DNA of 64,000 nt. Origin: a virus (taxonomy: Duplodnaviria; Caudoviricetes). The stretch is from positions 3,170 to 67,169 of the IMG/VR virus record IMGVR_UViG_2878918711_000001; one strand, 5' to 3'. A model generated the notes under the pieces. That model was not told the DNA's origin, searched no databases, and saw only the letters and a program-made list of their open reading frames with translations. Below, piece by piece: positions 48,012 to 57,998 of the stretch. Numbering within the stretch: the first letter of the stretch is position 1; every line of letters starts with the position of its first letter. Position numbers and translations under genes: made by a program.

Positions 48012-49061
48012 CTACAGCTTTCCGTGAAATTTGTCTCTAATCTCACGCTGACGCTGCTGCCAAGGACTTTCTTCGGATGGCTGACCACCTGGCAGCGTGT
48101 CCTTGACCATTTTCTTGGTAGGTAACGCCGCAAGTGCCTTCTTGCCATCTTCGGGGTGTTCCTTCAGCAGGTTCTCGTAAACAGAGCGTGTCTCGGCATT
48201 GATACGGCCGTCCTGCTCGGCAGCGTCAAGCAGCGTCTTTCGATTGGCTTCCGCTTCTGCTTCGGCAGCCTGCTCGAACGTCTGTACCTTTGCCTTCAGG
48301 GTGGTGTTCTCCTGTTCAAGCGCACTCACCTTGCCTGCCTTTGCCTCCAACTGGCTCAAACGTGCCAGTATCTCGGCATCTGTCGCACAGTCCTTGAACT
48401 GCGGACGTTTTTTCAACTCTTCTAAATTCATGTTAAAACTGTTTTGTGGCTCATTGAGCCTGTTATTGAATATTGCGTAAATTTGCTCGGGGGTGCTTTC
48501 TTCGGGGACAGGCTCTGCATCGTATATACCATCGATAAAGCCGAGAGCTTGGGCTTCTTCTGCTGACAGCCAATGGTCATCACCATCGAAATAAGCAGCC
48601 TTGATGCTCTCCTTGTCCTTGCCCAGTTTATCGGCATACATGTCGCAGAGGGTATCTTCAAGGCTTTCCATCTGCTCCATCATTTCTTTCATATCCTTGG
48701 TGTTGCCATAGCAGGCACCACTGACGCTGTGAAGCATCAGTCGCGCATAACGGCTCATAAACACGGGCTTCCCGCATAACGCTATCACGCTTGCCATGGA
48801 AGCTGCTACGCCATCGACGTATATCGTAATATTCGCCTTGCTTGCCCGCAGGGCATTGAAGATGGCAATGCCTGCATAGACTTCGCCTCCTATACTATTG
48901 ATGCGGACATCTATATTCTTATAGGTCACCTCCGCCTCCATCAGCTCGCGTGTTATCTGACTGCTGGTGATGGTGCTATAGCTATCACCGATGTCGCCAT
49001 ATAAAAGGACACAGCAGGTATCTGAGCCAGGAATGATATTAAAGAATCGTTTCATTTCCAA
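48012..49061 (-). CDS. ClpP-type prohead protease with scaffold C-terminus
   Basis: 'RINSIGGEV', 'AASMASVI', 'LMLH', 'WLSAEEA..GFID'. Confidence 0.88.
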   Translation of the reverse strand: MEMKRFFNIIPGSDTCCVLLYGDIGDSYSTITSSQITRELMEAEVTYKNIDVRINSIGGEVYAGIAIFNALRASKANITIYVDGVAASMASVIALCGKPVFMSRYARLMLHSVSGACYGNTKDMKEMMEQMESLEDTLCDMYADKLGKDKESIKAAYFDGDDHWLSAEEAQALGFIDGIYDAEPVPEESTPEQIYAIFNNRLNEPQNSFNMNLEELKKRPQFKDCATDAEILARLSQLEAKAGKVSALEQENTTLKAKVQTFEQAAEAEAEANRKTLLDAAEQDGRINAETRSVYENLLKEHPEDGKKALAALPTKKMVKDTLPGGQPSEESPWQQRQREIRDKFHGKL

Positions 49062-49083
49062 ATTTCGTTATTTCAATTTTTGA

Positions 49084-49219
49084 TGCAAAGGTGGAAGATT
49101 TTCCGCAATTTTGCAAACCGCCATTTTATCATACACAACTTACAATCAAATAGTTATGGCATAAAGTTGTATCATACGGAATAGATTTGCAAACATCATT
49201 AAAACACCTCACCTTTGCA
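49084..49219. promoter_or_regulatory. Divergent late promoter region
   Basis: CACCTTTGCA on both strands (49084-49093 minus; 49210-49219 plus). Confidence 0.5.
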
Positions 49220-49237
49220 TTATAATTTGGTGAAAAA

Positions 49238-49681
49238 ATGGCAAATTTAAGCAATACACAGAAAAAGGAATGGGCAAAGACGCTCTATCTGAAGGAGAAT
49301 CTCACGCAGCAGGAAATCGCCGACCGCGTCGGAGTATCCCGTGTCAGTGTCAATCGATGGATAGCTGAGGGCAAATGGGAGGAGCAGAAAGTCGGACTCA
49401 CGCTGACACGTGAGGAACAAGTGGCAAACCTCTACCGCCAGGTAGCCGAGATAAACAGGAAGATAGCCGAGAAACCAGAGGGTGAGCGCTTCGCAAGCAA
49501 CGCCGAGGCGGACATACTCGGCAAGCTGTCAGCTGCTATCCGGAAGATGGAAACTGATGTCGGCATTGCCGATGTCATCAGTGTGCAGACCAAGTTCATA
49601 GAGTTCCTACGTCCCATAGACCTTGGTAAAGCGAAAGAGCTTACACAGCTCTCTGACGCTTTTATTAAATCACTTCTATAA
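49238..49681 (+). CDS. Terminase small subunit-like HTH protein (DUF1804-like)
   Basis: 'KTLYLKENLTQQEIADRVGVSRVSVNRW'; upstream of the large terminase. Confidence 0.7.
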   Translation: MANLSNTQKKEWAKTLYLKENLTQQEIADRVGVSRVSVNRWIAEGKWEEQKVGLTLTREEQVANLYRQVAEINRKIAEKPEGERFASNAEADILGKLSAAIRKMETDVGIADVISVQTKFIEFLRPIDLGKAKELTQLSDAFIKSLL

Positions 49682-49683
49682 TT

Positions 49684-51216
49684 ATGAAGCAAACAGACAG
49701 AAACGCCTTACTTGATTGGGAGAAATACCGTCAGGACATTATGCGCTCAACCCCTGTTGACAAGGAGATGAGTGTGGCGGAACGAGAGAAGCATCGTATA
49801 TATCTTGAGGCGCACCCAATAGAATGGATACAATATTTCTTTCCGAACTATGCCAAATATGAATTTGCCGACTTTCAGAAACGGGCTATCCGCCGTCTGA
49901 TAGCGCATGACGAATGGTATGAAGTCATCTCATGGTCGCGCGAGCTGGCGAAGTCTACCATCACGATGTTTGTCGTCATGTATCTCACATTGACAGGAAA
50001 GAAACGCAATGTCATTCTCACCTCCAACAGCAAGGACAATGCTGTCCGCCTGCTTGACCCTTACAGGGGAAACCTTGAGGCCAATGGGCGTATCATTGCC
50101 TATTATGGAAAGCAGCAAACGATTGGGGCGTGGACGGAAGACGAGTTCATTACAAAGGGTGGCGTGGCCTTTCGCGGCATCGGTGCAGGGCAGTCTCCCC
50201 GTGGTTCCCGTAACGAAGCCATACGCCCCGATGTGCTGCTTATTGACGACTTCGACACTGACGAGGATACCAAGAACCCTGACACCATTCAGAAACGGTG
50301 GGAATGGTGGGAGCAAGCACTTTATCCAACCCGCTCCACCTCAGAACCGACATTGGTGATTTTCTGTGGCAACATCATTGCCAAGGATTGTTGCATCACC
50401 CGTGCCGGTGAGATGGCCGACCATTGGGATATAGTCAATATACGCGATAAAAGCGGCAAGAGCACATGGCCGGAGAAAAATACGGAAGAGCACATAGACC
50501 GCACATTGTCTAAGATTTCCACTCTTTCGCAGCAGCACGAGTATTTCAACAACCCTATTTCAGAAGGTGAGATATTCAAGCAGGTGGTCTATGGCAAGGT
50601 GCCGCCGCTCTCCAAGTTCAAGTTCCTCGTCATCTATGGCGACCCTGCGCCGGGAGAGAGCCGTGGCAAGAAGGGCAAGTCCTTCAAGGCGGTTATGCTC
50701 TTGGGGAAAAGAGACGGCAAGCTCTATGTAATAAAGGCGCGCCTTGCACAGGCACTCAATGCTGAATTCATCGACTGGTATGTCCAGTTGCTTGAATACG
50801 TGGCAGGGCGCAGCACCGTCTACTGTTGGATGGAGAACAACAAACTCCAGGATCCGTTTTTCCAGCAGGTGTTCCGGCCGCTCGTCCGTAAGGTTCGCAA
50901 GGAAAAGGACATCACGCTTTACATTCAGGGCGACGAGGAAAAAAAGACAGACAAGGCCACGCGTATCGAGGCGAACCTCGAACCCATGAACCGTGAAGGC
51001 AACCTGATCCTTAACGAGGAGGAACAGGACAACCCTCACATGAAGGAACTTGAAGACCAATTCAAGCTGTTCACGCTCTCCTTGAAATATCCAGCCGACG
51101 GACCTGATGCCGTAGAGGGTGGTAACAGAAAGATTGACCAGACCGCCCAACGGGCAGACCGTCCACTGATACAATCAAGAAAAAGTATAAGAACAAAAAA
51201 CAGACACAGGATATGA
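49684..51216 (+). CDS. Terminase large subunit
   Basis: Walker A variant 'SRELAKST', 'LLIDD', nuclease 'YGDPA' and 'ADGPDAVEG'. Confidence 0.85.
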   Translation: MKQTDRNALLDWEKYRQDIMRSTPVDKEMSVAEREKHRIYLEAHPIEWIQYFFPNYAKYEFADFQKRAIRRLIAHDEWYEVISWSRELAKSTITMFVVMYLTLTGKKRNVILTSNSKDNAVRLLDPYRGNLEANGRIIAYYGKQQTIGAWTEDEFITKGGVAFRGIGAGQSPRGSRNEAIRPDVLLIDDFDTDEDTKNPDTIQKRWEWWEQALYPTRSTSEPTLVIFCGNIIAKDCCITRAGEMADHWDIVNIRDKSGKSTWPEKNTEEHIDRTLSKISTLSQQHEYFNNPISEGEIFKQVVYGKVPPLSKFKFLVIYGDPAPGESRGKKGKSFKAVMLLGKRDGKLYVIKARLAQALNAEFIDWYVQLLEYVAGRSTVYCWMENNKLQDPFFQQVFRPLVRKVRKEKDITLYIQGDEEKKTDKATRIEANLEPMNREGNLILNEEEQDNPHMKELEDQFKLFTLSLKYPADGPDAVEGGNRKIDQTAQRADRPLIQSRKSIRTKNRHRI

Positions 51217-51638
51217 GCCAGTTTATAGACATAAAAGACTACGATGCAAGCGTTCACCGCGAGATACTTGATGCGCTTGTAAGAGATGATGAGACACTCG
51301 TTGAAATTTGCGAAGACAGGGCGATAGCCGAAATGCGAAGCTATCTGTATAAACGCTATGACTGTAACGCCATCTTCGCAGCAACAGGCAATGAGCGCAA
51401 CCAGCTTGTTTTGATGATGGTCATTGATATTGCCGTCTACCACATCTTCTGCATCCACAATCCCATGAAACTTTCGCAGGTGCGTAAAGACCGATATGAA
51501 AGAGCCGTGGAATGGATGAAGGCGGTGTCTAAGGAAGAAATATCCATTGATGGTGTACCGCTCCTGCCTGAAGACGAGAGGGCAGCAAAGGCAGCACTCA
51601 TGTTCAAAAGTAACAGAAAAAGAGAAAACAGATTATAA
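51213..51638 (+). CDS. DUF1320 (Mu gp36-like) head-tail adaptor
   Basis: 'AIAEMRSYLYKRYD..DIAVYHIF..RYERAVEWM'. Confidence 0.8.
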   Translation: MSQFIDIKDYDASVHREILDALVRDDETLVEICEDRAIAEMRSYLYKRYDCNAIFAATGNERNQLVLMMVIDIAVYHIFCIHNPMKLSQVRKDRYERAVEWMKAVSKEEISIDGVPLLPEDERAAKAALMFKSNRKRENRL

Positions 51639-51640
51639 TC

Positions 51641-53092
51641 ATGGCAAAGAAGAAGAATACACGCATAACCATCAGTGGCAATATGCCACGCCCTGGACAA
51701 CGACAGCCAGCCATTATCAGGCTGACACAGCCAAAGCGATTCAACATAGACACTGCTGACTTCATGACGGCTGTCAAGGCTGCAGAGAACGTTGATTACA
51801 CGCAGCGGGCAAAACTCTATGACCTCTACAATGACATTTTGCTCGATGCTCACTTGTCAAGCGTCATTGACAAGCGAAAGAACGCTGTTTTAAGTTCAAG
51901 CATTGAATTCCACCGCAACGGAAAGCCCGACGAGAAAATCAATGAGCAGTTGTTTTCGCCATGGTTCTATCGCTGTGTGGCCGATATACTTGATGCGCGC
52001 TTCTGGGGTTTTTCATTGATGCAGTTCTACAAAAAGGGTGAGTGGGTGGACTACGACCTTGTGCCACGTAAGCACGTAGAGCCTGTCCGCAAGCTCATCC
52101 TCACCAGACAGACGGATATACTGGGAACATCGTGGGAGGAATTTGAAGACTTGCTCTTCATCGGCGGCAGCACTGACCTTGGACTGCTTGCAAGGGCTGC
52201 ACCATGGGTTATCTACAAGCGTAACACGACTGCCGACTGGGCACAGTTCTCGGAGGTGTTCGGTATGCCTATACAGGAATACACTTATGAAACGGATGAC
52301 GAAGATGCGCGTGCACGTGCCCTTCAAGATGCAAATTCCATCGGTTCGCTTGCCACCTTTATCCATGGGAAGGACACGGAACTGCAGCTGCGTGAGGCGG
52401 GAAACAAGACGGGCTCGGCGGAAGTCTATGACCGTTTCATAGAACGCTGCAACAGTGAAATCTCGAAGCTCATTCTTGGCAACACATTGACGACGGAAGC
52501 ATCTGCAAAGGGCACACAAGCACTTGGCACCGTGCACAAGAAGGTGGAAGAAGCCGTAGCAAAGGCGGATAGGGAATTCGTCCTCAAAGTGCTGAACTAT
52601 GACATGGCTGACATCTTTGCGCACATGGGTATTAACACTGCTGGTGGAAAGTTCTGTTTCCCTGAGAAAAAAGATACTGACCAAAACACGAAGATGAATA
52701 TCCTTACACAACTTCGCAACACATTTCTTCTGCCTGTTGATGACGATTATCTTTACGAGGAATTTGGTGTTGAAAAGCCAAGGGACTATGACAAGCAGAA
52801 GCAGTTGCAACTGGATAAAATAATGGCAGAACACTTCCCGAATTGGCAGGAAGAAAAGCGAATCGCTGCATATTTCAGCAAGCTATTTAACAGAGACAGA
52901 AAAGAAGAGCTGATGAGCATCTACTTTGAAGGTTTGGAAAAAGAACTGGAAAAGAAATCTGTTGAGGAAATTGATAGGGAAAGAATTTTGCAGGAATCGT
53001 TAAAAGAAGCATCGAAACGCACTAATCTCAAAGATAGCATTCGCTCTTTTTTTGTGAAAGCCCCGAAGGACGGGGCTCATTTAGACTGGTAG
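51641..53092 (+). CDS. Portal protein (DUF935, Mu gp29-like)
   Basis: 'DAHLSSVIDKRK', 'FSEVFGMP', 'CNSEISKLILGNTLTT'. Confidence 0.9.
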   Translation: MAKKKNTRITISGNMPRPGQRQPAIIRLTQPKRFNIDTADFMTAVKAAENVDYTQRAKLYDLYNDILLDAHLSSVIDKRKNAVLSSSIEFHRNGKPDEKINEQLFSPWFYRCVADILDARFWGFSLMQFYKKGEWVDYDLVPRKHVEPVRKLILTRQTDILGTSWEEFEDLLFIGGSTDLGLLARAAPWVIYKRNTTADWAQFSEVFGMPIQEYTYETDDEDARARALQDANSIGSLATFIHGKDTELQLREAGNKTGSAEVYDRFIERCNSEISKLILGNTLTTEASAKGTQALGTVHKKVEEAVAKADREFVLKVLNYDMADIFAHMGINTAGGKFCFPEKKDTDQNTKMNILTQLRNTFLLPVDDDYLYEEFGVEKPRDYDKQKQLQLDKIMAEHFPNWQEEKRIAAYFSKLFNRDRKEELMSIYFEGLEKELEKKSVEEIDRERILQESLKEASKRTNLKDSIRSFFVKAPKDGAHLDW

Positions 53093-53136
53093 TCAATCGT
53101 ACCTATTTCGATGCTGACGACGCACCTTTTGCTGAT

Positions 53137-54450
53137 ATGGAAATCAGTGAAAGCGTATTAAGGAAGGCACTTGAAAATATCTACAAGAAGAAGTTCAATG
53201 TCGATACTGATATTGAGCCACACCTTTTTGAAGCACTGCGGGATGTGTTCAACAAAGCGACAGATGGGGCTTTCGCTGCCTCTGACCACGACAGGGACTT
53301 CCAACAGCAGCTGCGCCACAGCAACGATGTGTTCTCGGCATTCAAGGTGCATCGCATGCAGAACGACATGGTTGCTCGTTTGATGGATTCAAACGGCAAT
53401 TTAAAGCCGTTCAAACAGTGGTTGAAAGATGTTCTGCCGATAGCGTCGCATCAGTGTGGCGCATGGTTGAAGACAGAATATGACACGGCGGTGCTCCGTG
53501 CGCATCAGGCTGCCGACTGGCAACAGTTCCAGCGCGAGAGCGATGTGCTGCCTAACCTCAAGTGGATGCCATCGACAAGCTTGCACCCTGGCGAAGACCA
53601 CCGCCATTATTGGGGAGTCATTCGACCTGTTAATGATAAATTTTGGAACGAGCATCGACCAGGCGACCGATGGAACTGCAAGTGCAGCCTGTCAAGTACA
53701 GACGAGCCTATTACACCTGTGCCTGACAACGACGAGGTTTCACAACCACAAGCGGGACTGACGGGTAATCCGGGCATGACAGGCGAGACTTTCTCAGACG
53801 ACCACCCGTACTTCCCGAAATCGTGCCAGGATTGCGACTTCTATCGCCCTGACCTAAAGAACAGGTTAAAGAATCTATTCACAAACAGGGTGAAGGACTG
53901 TTATTCCTGTCCGTATATTGATAAATGTATCGACAGGCTTGGCGCAGATGGTTTCAAGCTGGAGCGAAAGTACCCAAACGGAGGAACGCTTTATATCCAT
54001 TCCGATGCAGATAAAGACAAAAATGACTACAAGGCAATATTGACCATAGCAAGAATTTTCGCAAAAGAAGGTAAGACGGTGAGGATAACTCCACGGCTAC
54101 ATCATAAGTCCGAAGAGTATCGAAGTATATACGGTTCGCTCATTGGTACGCGATACGAGAGAAAGTGTCCTGATTTTCAAGTAGACGGAGTTTTCTATGA
54201 GTATGAAGGTTTCATAAAACCATGGAACAAGAAGAAGGTAGGACGCATGCTGTCCCATGGTCTTGACCAGTCTTCTCGTATTATAATTGATAATACCAAA
54301 GGGTGTTCGGAACGTTTTATAAGAAAGCAGATAATGGCGCGGATTCATTTGCCCAAACAGGCCATAGACGAAGTATGGATTTACGAAAAAGGAAACGTGA
54401 GATTATTCTATAAAGATGGTACTTTCTATAAAAACAACGGAGGAAACTGA
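53137..54450 (+). CDS. MuF minor head protein with C-terminal nuclease-like (CdiA-CT/PD-(D/E)xK-like) domain
   Basis: MuF motifs 'TEYDTA', 'PGDRWNCKCS'; ~170-aa extension with 'PDFQVDGVFYEYE'. Confidence 0.8.
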   Translation: MEISESVLRKALENIYKKKFNVDTDIEPHLFEALRDVFNKATDGAFAASDHDRDFQQQLRHSNDVFSAFKVHRMQNDMVARLMDSNGNLKPFKQWLKDVLPIASHQCGAWLKTEYDTAVLRAHQAADWQQFQRESDVLPNLKWMPSTSLHPGEDHRHYWGVIRPVNDKFWNEHRPGDRWNCKCSLSSTDEPITPVPDNDEVSQPQAGLTGNPGMTGETFSDDHPYFPKSCQDCDFYRPDLKNRLKNLFTNRVKDCYSCPYIDKCIDRLGADGFKLERKYPNGGTLYIHSDADKDKNDYKAILTIARIFAKEGKTVRITPRLHHKSEEYRSIYGSLIGTRYERKCPDFQVDGVFYEYEGFIKPWNKKKVGRMLSHGLDQSSRIIIDNTKGCSERFIRKQIMARIHLPKQAIDEVWIYEKGNVRLFYKDGTFYKNNGGN

Positions 54451-54514
54451 GTCCCTCCGCGATGCAACGTGCCGTAGCACATGCTAACTTCTTTATGAAG
54501 CTGTTGCAAATATA
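54438..54514 (-). ncRNA. Candidate antisense sRNA overlapping the muF 3' end
   Basis: TATATTTG (-7) at 54507-54514 on minus; hairpins cttc/gaag, gtgc/gcac, cggagg/cctccg. Confidence 0.4.
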
Positions 54515-54541
54515 CAACTTATTTTTTAAAAAAGCAAGCAA

Positions 54542-55138
54542 ATGGACATAAAAGTTTTCTCAGAGCTCATAAAAAGCCAAAGTAGGGAGATTGAGCAGCT
54601 CATGCGACGGCAGCTCCCAATCAAGGTTGGGCGTATGGCGAAAGACCATTACCAGGATAACTTCCGCAAGGGAGGATTCGTTAATCGTGGCTTGCAGAAG
54701 TGGCCGACAACAAAGCGACAACTGTCTGGTTCTGCTTCGGCAGCGGCTTCCTACAACCCATTGCTTTCCGGGCGCAACCACCTGTTCGGTTCTGTCAAGT
54801 ATGTGCCAGGAGACTACCGTGTAACCGTCTCCAACGATTTGCCTTATGCAGCCGTGCATAACCAAGGAGGAACGGTCAGTCCTACGGTAACGCCAAAGAT
54901 GCGCCGTTTTGCATGGTATATGTATTACAAGTCTTCGAAGGGACAAAAAGGGAAAAAGAAAAGTCCTGCTCAGTCAGTGTCTCCGCAGGCTGAATTTTGG
55001 CGCAATCTTGCACTTACCCGAAAGACAAGACTTTCCGTAAAAATTCCCAAGCGTCAGTTTATCGGTGAGAGTGCCGAATTGAAGCAACGCATAAACGAGA
55101 AAATAGAACATGAGATCATGAACACTTTAGATTTATAG
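54542..55138 (+). CDS. Phage virion morphogenesis (Mu gpG-like) protein
   Basis: 'LLSGRNHLFGSV', 'YAAVHNQGG', 'IPKRQFIGES'. Confidence 0.85.
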   Translation: MDIKVFSELIKSQSREIEQLMRRQLPIKVGRMAKDHYQDNFRKGGFVNRGLQKWPTTKRQLSGSASAAASYNPLLSGRNHLFGSVKYVPGDYRVTVSNDLPYAAVHNQGGTVSPTVTPKMRRFAWYMYYKSSKGQKGKKKSPAQSVSPQAEFWRNLALTRKTRLSVKIPKRQFIGESAELKQRINEKIEHEIMNTLDL

Positions 55139-55141
55139 CAA

Positions 55142-55582
55142 ATGGAAGAAATTTTTATATCTATCCTCAAGCTCATCAATGATGAGATGCCTGAACTTTC
55201 GCTCGTAGACGAGGACTACGGACAACTGGAAACAGCCGAGGACACATACCCTGTAACTTTCCCCTGTGCACTTATTGGCAATATGGAGGCAGACTGGGAG
55301 GAAATCGGCATGGGCACCCAAAAGGGCATGGTTACGCTTACCGCCCGTCTTGCCATCGACTGCTACGATGATACGCACATCGGTTCCGGAACAACCGCAA
55401 AGGTGGCGGAACGGCTGCAGATGGCAAATCGCCTGTATACGACACTTCAGTGCTCCCGCCATAGCGACAATATGGGAGCAATGTTCCGAACGAAAACAAG
55501 ATGTTATTCACTGCCTGGAATGATAAAGGTATATGAATACGTATTTCAATTTGAACTTCACGATGGTTCTGCAGCCTTATAA
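55142..55582 (+). CDS. Tail terminator-like protein
   Basis: 'VDEDYGQLE..TFPCALI'; last gene of the head-completion operon. Confidence 0.55.
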   Translation: MEEIFISILKLINDEMPELSLVDEDYGQLETAEDTYPVTFPCALIGNMEADWEEIGMGTQKGMVTLTARLAIDCYDDTHIGSGTTAKVAERLQMANRLYTTLQCSRHSDNMGAMFRTKTRCYSLPGMIKVYEYVFQFELHDGSAAL

Positions 55583-55608
55583 AAAAGGTAAAAGGCTTCT
55601 GTAGCCTT

Positions 55609-55884
55609 TTACCTTTCCACTTCTGAAAAGAGCTCCAACTGTTTCGCCGTAAGGTGTGGCATTCTGACTTTAGGAACCGGGCGCACTTGAATATCTTTTA
55701 TCTCACTGCACTTGCGACGAATGATACTCATGATGCGTTCTTCACTGATAAAGAACTCCTGTCTCGACAGGATGCGAAGGGCATCGTCAAAACGGAGGCG
55801 TTTCTCCTCCGTCCAATAATAGTAACGACGGCACAAGGCTTCGTCGCGCAGTTCTATCAGTCCTTTATCTCTTCCTTTCCCCAT
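55609..55884 (-). CDS. Mor/C-like HTH transcriptional activator (putative)
   Basis: 'RFDDALRILSRQEFFISEERIMSII'; own TACTTTTG promoter just upstream; start placed at MGKGRD. Confidence 0.55.
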   Translation of the reverse strand: MGKGRDKGLIELRDEALCRRYYYWTEEKRLRFDDALRILSRQEFFISEERIMSIIRRKCSEIKDIQVRPVPKVRMPHLTAKQLELFSEVER

Positions 55885-55960
55885 AGTTGCAAAAGTAGCA
55901 ATTAATCTGCTTATTTGCAAGTAATTACATGTATTTTCATCAATTATCAATAAAAAAAAC

Positions 55961-55992
55961 GCCCAATTGTGTGTTCGCACACACTTGTGGGC
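55961..55992 (-). terminator. Early operon terminator
   Basis: gccca..gtgtg-ttcg-cacac..tgggc with A/T runs on both sides. Confidence 0.6.
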
Positions 55993-56147
55993 ATTTTTTT
56001 AGTTTTCTTCTCTCAAAAAACGATAGGGTATCACAGCCTACAGAAGCTCGGCTCTATGCGTTCATTTTTGGGTTCTTTTTTGAGTAGTAGTAGTTTACGG
56101 TGTTCTTCTACACCACATCGAACTTTGCTTCCAAGTCGCCAGCCTTA

Positions 56148-56711
56148 TCACACTCCTGTATCTTCCTTCTTGGGCTCGACATAGAAGGTTTCATCCTGCG
56201 TAACCTGTATACCACATTCCGTCATAGCCTGCCTTATAGGAACTTCTACAAGTGATGGAGAGTCCGAAACCTCCATTGACACGTTACCATCACGATCAGT
56301 AAGCAGCTTATCCTTGGCAATCTCTTCTGTCTGGCGGATATAGTCTGGTAGGAAACGCTTAACAAGCTGTAATGCGCTTGCCCACGTGAAGCCTTTCAGC
56401 GTCTTCAATTTCGGTGTTCCTGTGCGGAAACCTATAACGCCGTGAGCCATTTCAAGGCTCTTCTTCTTGGAGAACAAATCTGCTTGGTTCTCCGTAGCAA
56501 AGGCCTGCAGGGTATCGAACGCTTTGTCCTTTTCCTCTGAGAGGGTTGCCAGTTTGTCGGCATACTTCTCGCGAAATTTAGCGCACTGCAATTCTATCTC
56601 TGCATTGATTTTCTGTATCTGTGCGTCGCTCTTGGCGTAGGTTGCGAACGCTTCATCGGCGGCTTCTCTGCTAACGCCGGTGATGATTACTTTTTTCTTT
56701 CTTGTTGCCAT
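56148..56711 (-). CDS. gam: Mu Gam-like host-nuclease inhibitor
   Basis: Coiled coil then 'KKKSLEMAHGVIGFRTGTPKLK'. Confidence 0.8.
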   Translation of the reverse strand: MATRKKKVIITGVSREAADEAFATYAKSDAQIQKINAEIELQCAKFREKYADKLATLSEEKDKAFDTLQAFATENQADLFSKKKSLEMAHGVIGFRTGTPKLKTLKGFTWASALQLVKRFLPDYIRQTEEIAKDKLLTDRDGNVSMEVSDSPSLVEVPIRQAMTECGIQVTQDETFYVEPKKEDTGV

Positions 56712-56744
56712 AGTTCTTTTGTTTTTATTGGATTATTACTAATA

Positions 56745-57230
56745 TTAATTTTCAATTGTACTGTCTATTGGAACACAGATGAATGAGGTCTTCTGTTCCA
56801 CTGGTTGCTGTTTCGACTTCAACCCGCCCTTGCGCTTGATTGTTCGAAGCTTCACGGCAAGGCTCTCAAGCTCTTCTATGTCGATTTTCCTGAAAGGCTT
56901 GCCAACAAGGCGGGGATTCATACAAAAATTGTCAACCCGCACCCAGTCTGTGGTGTCGACACCGAGCTGCTGCATCAACTTCAAACATACGCTGCGCCTT
57001 CGTTTGAGTTCCTTATGGATAGCCTCCCTGTGCTTATCAAATCCCGTCACTCGTTCCATATCGTTGCACATCGTATTGTACTCCTGCATGGAAGTATCAC
57101 GCAGATGGGTTGTTCGACCGTGGGTATATTGCTCCACCAGCGTCTCCTTATCTGCACCTGGCATCTTTTTTAGCAAGGTATAAAACCTTGCGTAATTCCT
57201 GTCTTCTCCCATAATTTCTCTTCTTTCCAA
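56745..57230 (-). CDS. Early phage protein (GemA/gp16-like, tentative)
   Basis: Position next to gam; weak resemblance. Confidence 0.45.
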   Translation of the reverse strand: MERREIMGEDRNYARFYTLLKKMPGADKETLVEQYTHGRTTHLRDTSMQEYNTMCNDMERVTGFDKHREAIHKELKRRRSVCLKLMQQLGVDTTDWVRVDNFCMNPRLVGKPFRKIDIEELESLAVKLRTIKRKGGLKSKQQPVEQKTSFICVPIDSTIEN

Positions 57231-57466
57231 TCTTTATAGTTCTGTCTGGCTTTGGCTACTGCCTCGGGCAAGGTACCGTTGATGTCGCCGACACCGAACA
57301 AGGGGACACCATTCACACAGGCATAAAGCTCGCCATTGAATTCCATCACCTGCACGGCTTCGCGTGCCTCTGCGTCGAGTTGTGTCTGACGCTTGTATTC
57401 AATACTTGCAGCACGCTGTTCGTGCCATACCTGCAATCGCTTTTTGATTTCATCTAAGATTTTCAT
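57170..57466 (-). CDS. Phage hypothetical protein
   Basis: Early operon ORF. Confidence 0.6.
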   Translation of the reverse strand: MKILDEIKKRLQVWHEQRAASIEYKRQTQLDAEAREAVQVMEFNGELYACVNGVPLFGVGDINGTLPEAVAKARQNYKDWKEEKLWEKTGITQGFIPC

Positions 57467-57472
57467 ATTTTT

Positions 57473-57763
57473 CTATTTTTTAATGTAATAACTCTGAAGT
57501 AATTTGCCATTTCTCTTGATAAGGAGCTGCGTCTGCCCATCTTCTTTCATAAGATAGGAGGTTATCTCGCTTCTTATTCTTACGTCTTTTCTAACGTAGA
57601 GTTTGTCGATAAAGTCGTCAATGAAGCCCTTCAGCTCTTGCCACTCTTCGGGAGTATCTTCCATACCTCTCAACGCATAGGACTGACTGATTTCCATTTG
57701 CAATCGAAGCAGCCATTCGGGCTTATCGTTCGGAATTATCGACTTGTAACTTAAAACGTCCAT
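57473..57763 (-). CDS. Phage hypothetical protein
   Basis: Early operon ORF. Confidence 0.6.
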   Translation of the reverse strand: MDVLSYKSIIPNDKPEWLLRLQMEISQSYALRGMEDTPEEWQELKGFIDDFIDKLYVRKDVRIRSEITSYLMKEDGQTQLLIKRNGKLLQSYYIKK

Positions 57764-57766
57764 ATA

Positions 57767-57997
57767 TTACTCTTTTGCTTTCCACTCAATAGTTACAACG
57801 GCATTGAGCTTACCGCTGCCCTTGCATATCGGGCATTCCTTTTTATACCGCTCTTGATACTCGTCCTCTTGCCAGTGGTACCCATTTCCTTGGCAATATG
57901 GGCAACTATGGTTATTGCTTTCGATGGATTCTTTCATGCGACAACCAATACTCATCTTTCCAGGAGTGATTTCAATAATATGTCTTTCCTTACTCAT
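57767..57997 (-). CDS. Small Zn-finger protein
   Basis: CPYCQGNG...CPICKGSG (DnaJ-type CxxCxGxG repeats). Confidence 0.75.
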   Translation of the reverse strand: MSKERHIIEITPGKMSIGCRMKESIESNNHSCPYCQGNGYHWQEDEYQERYKKECPICKGSGKLNAVVTIEWKAKE

Positions 57998-57998
57998 A

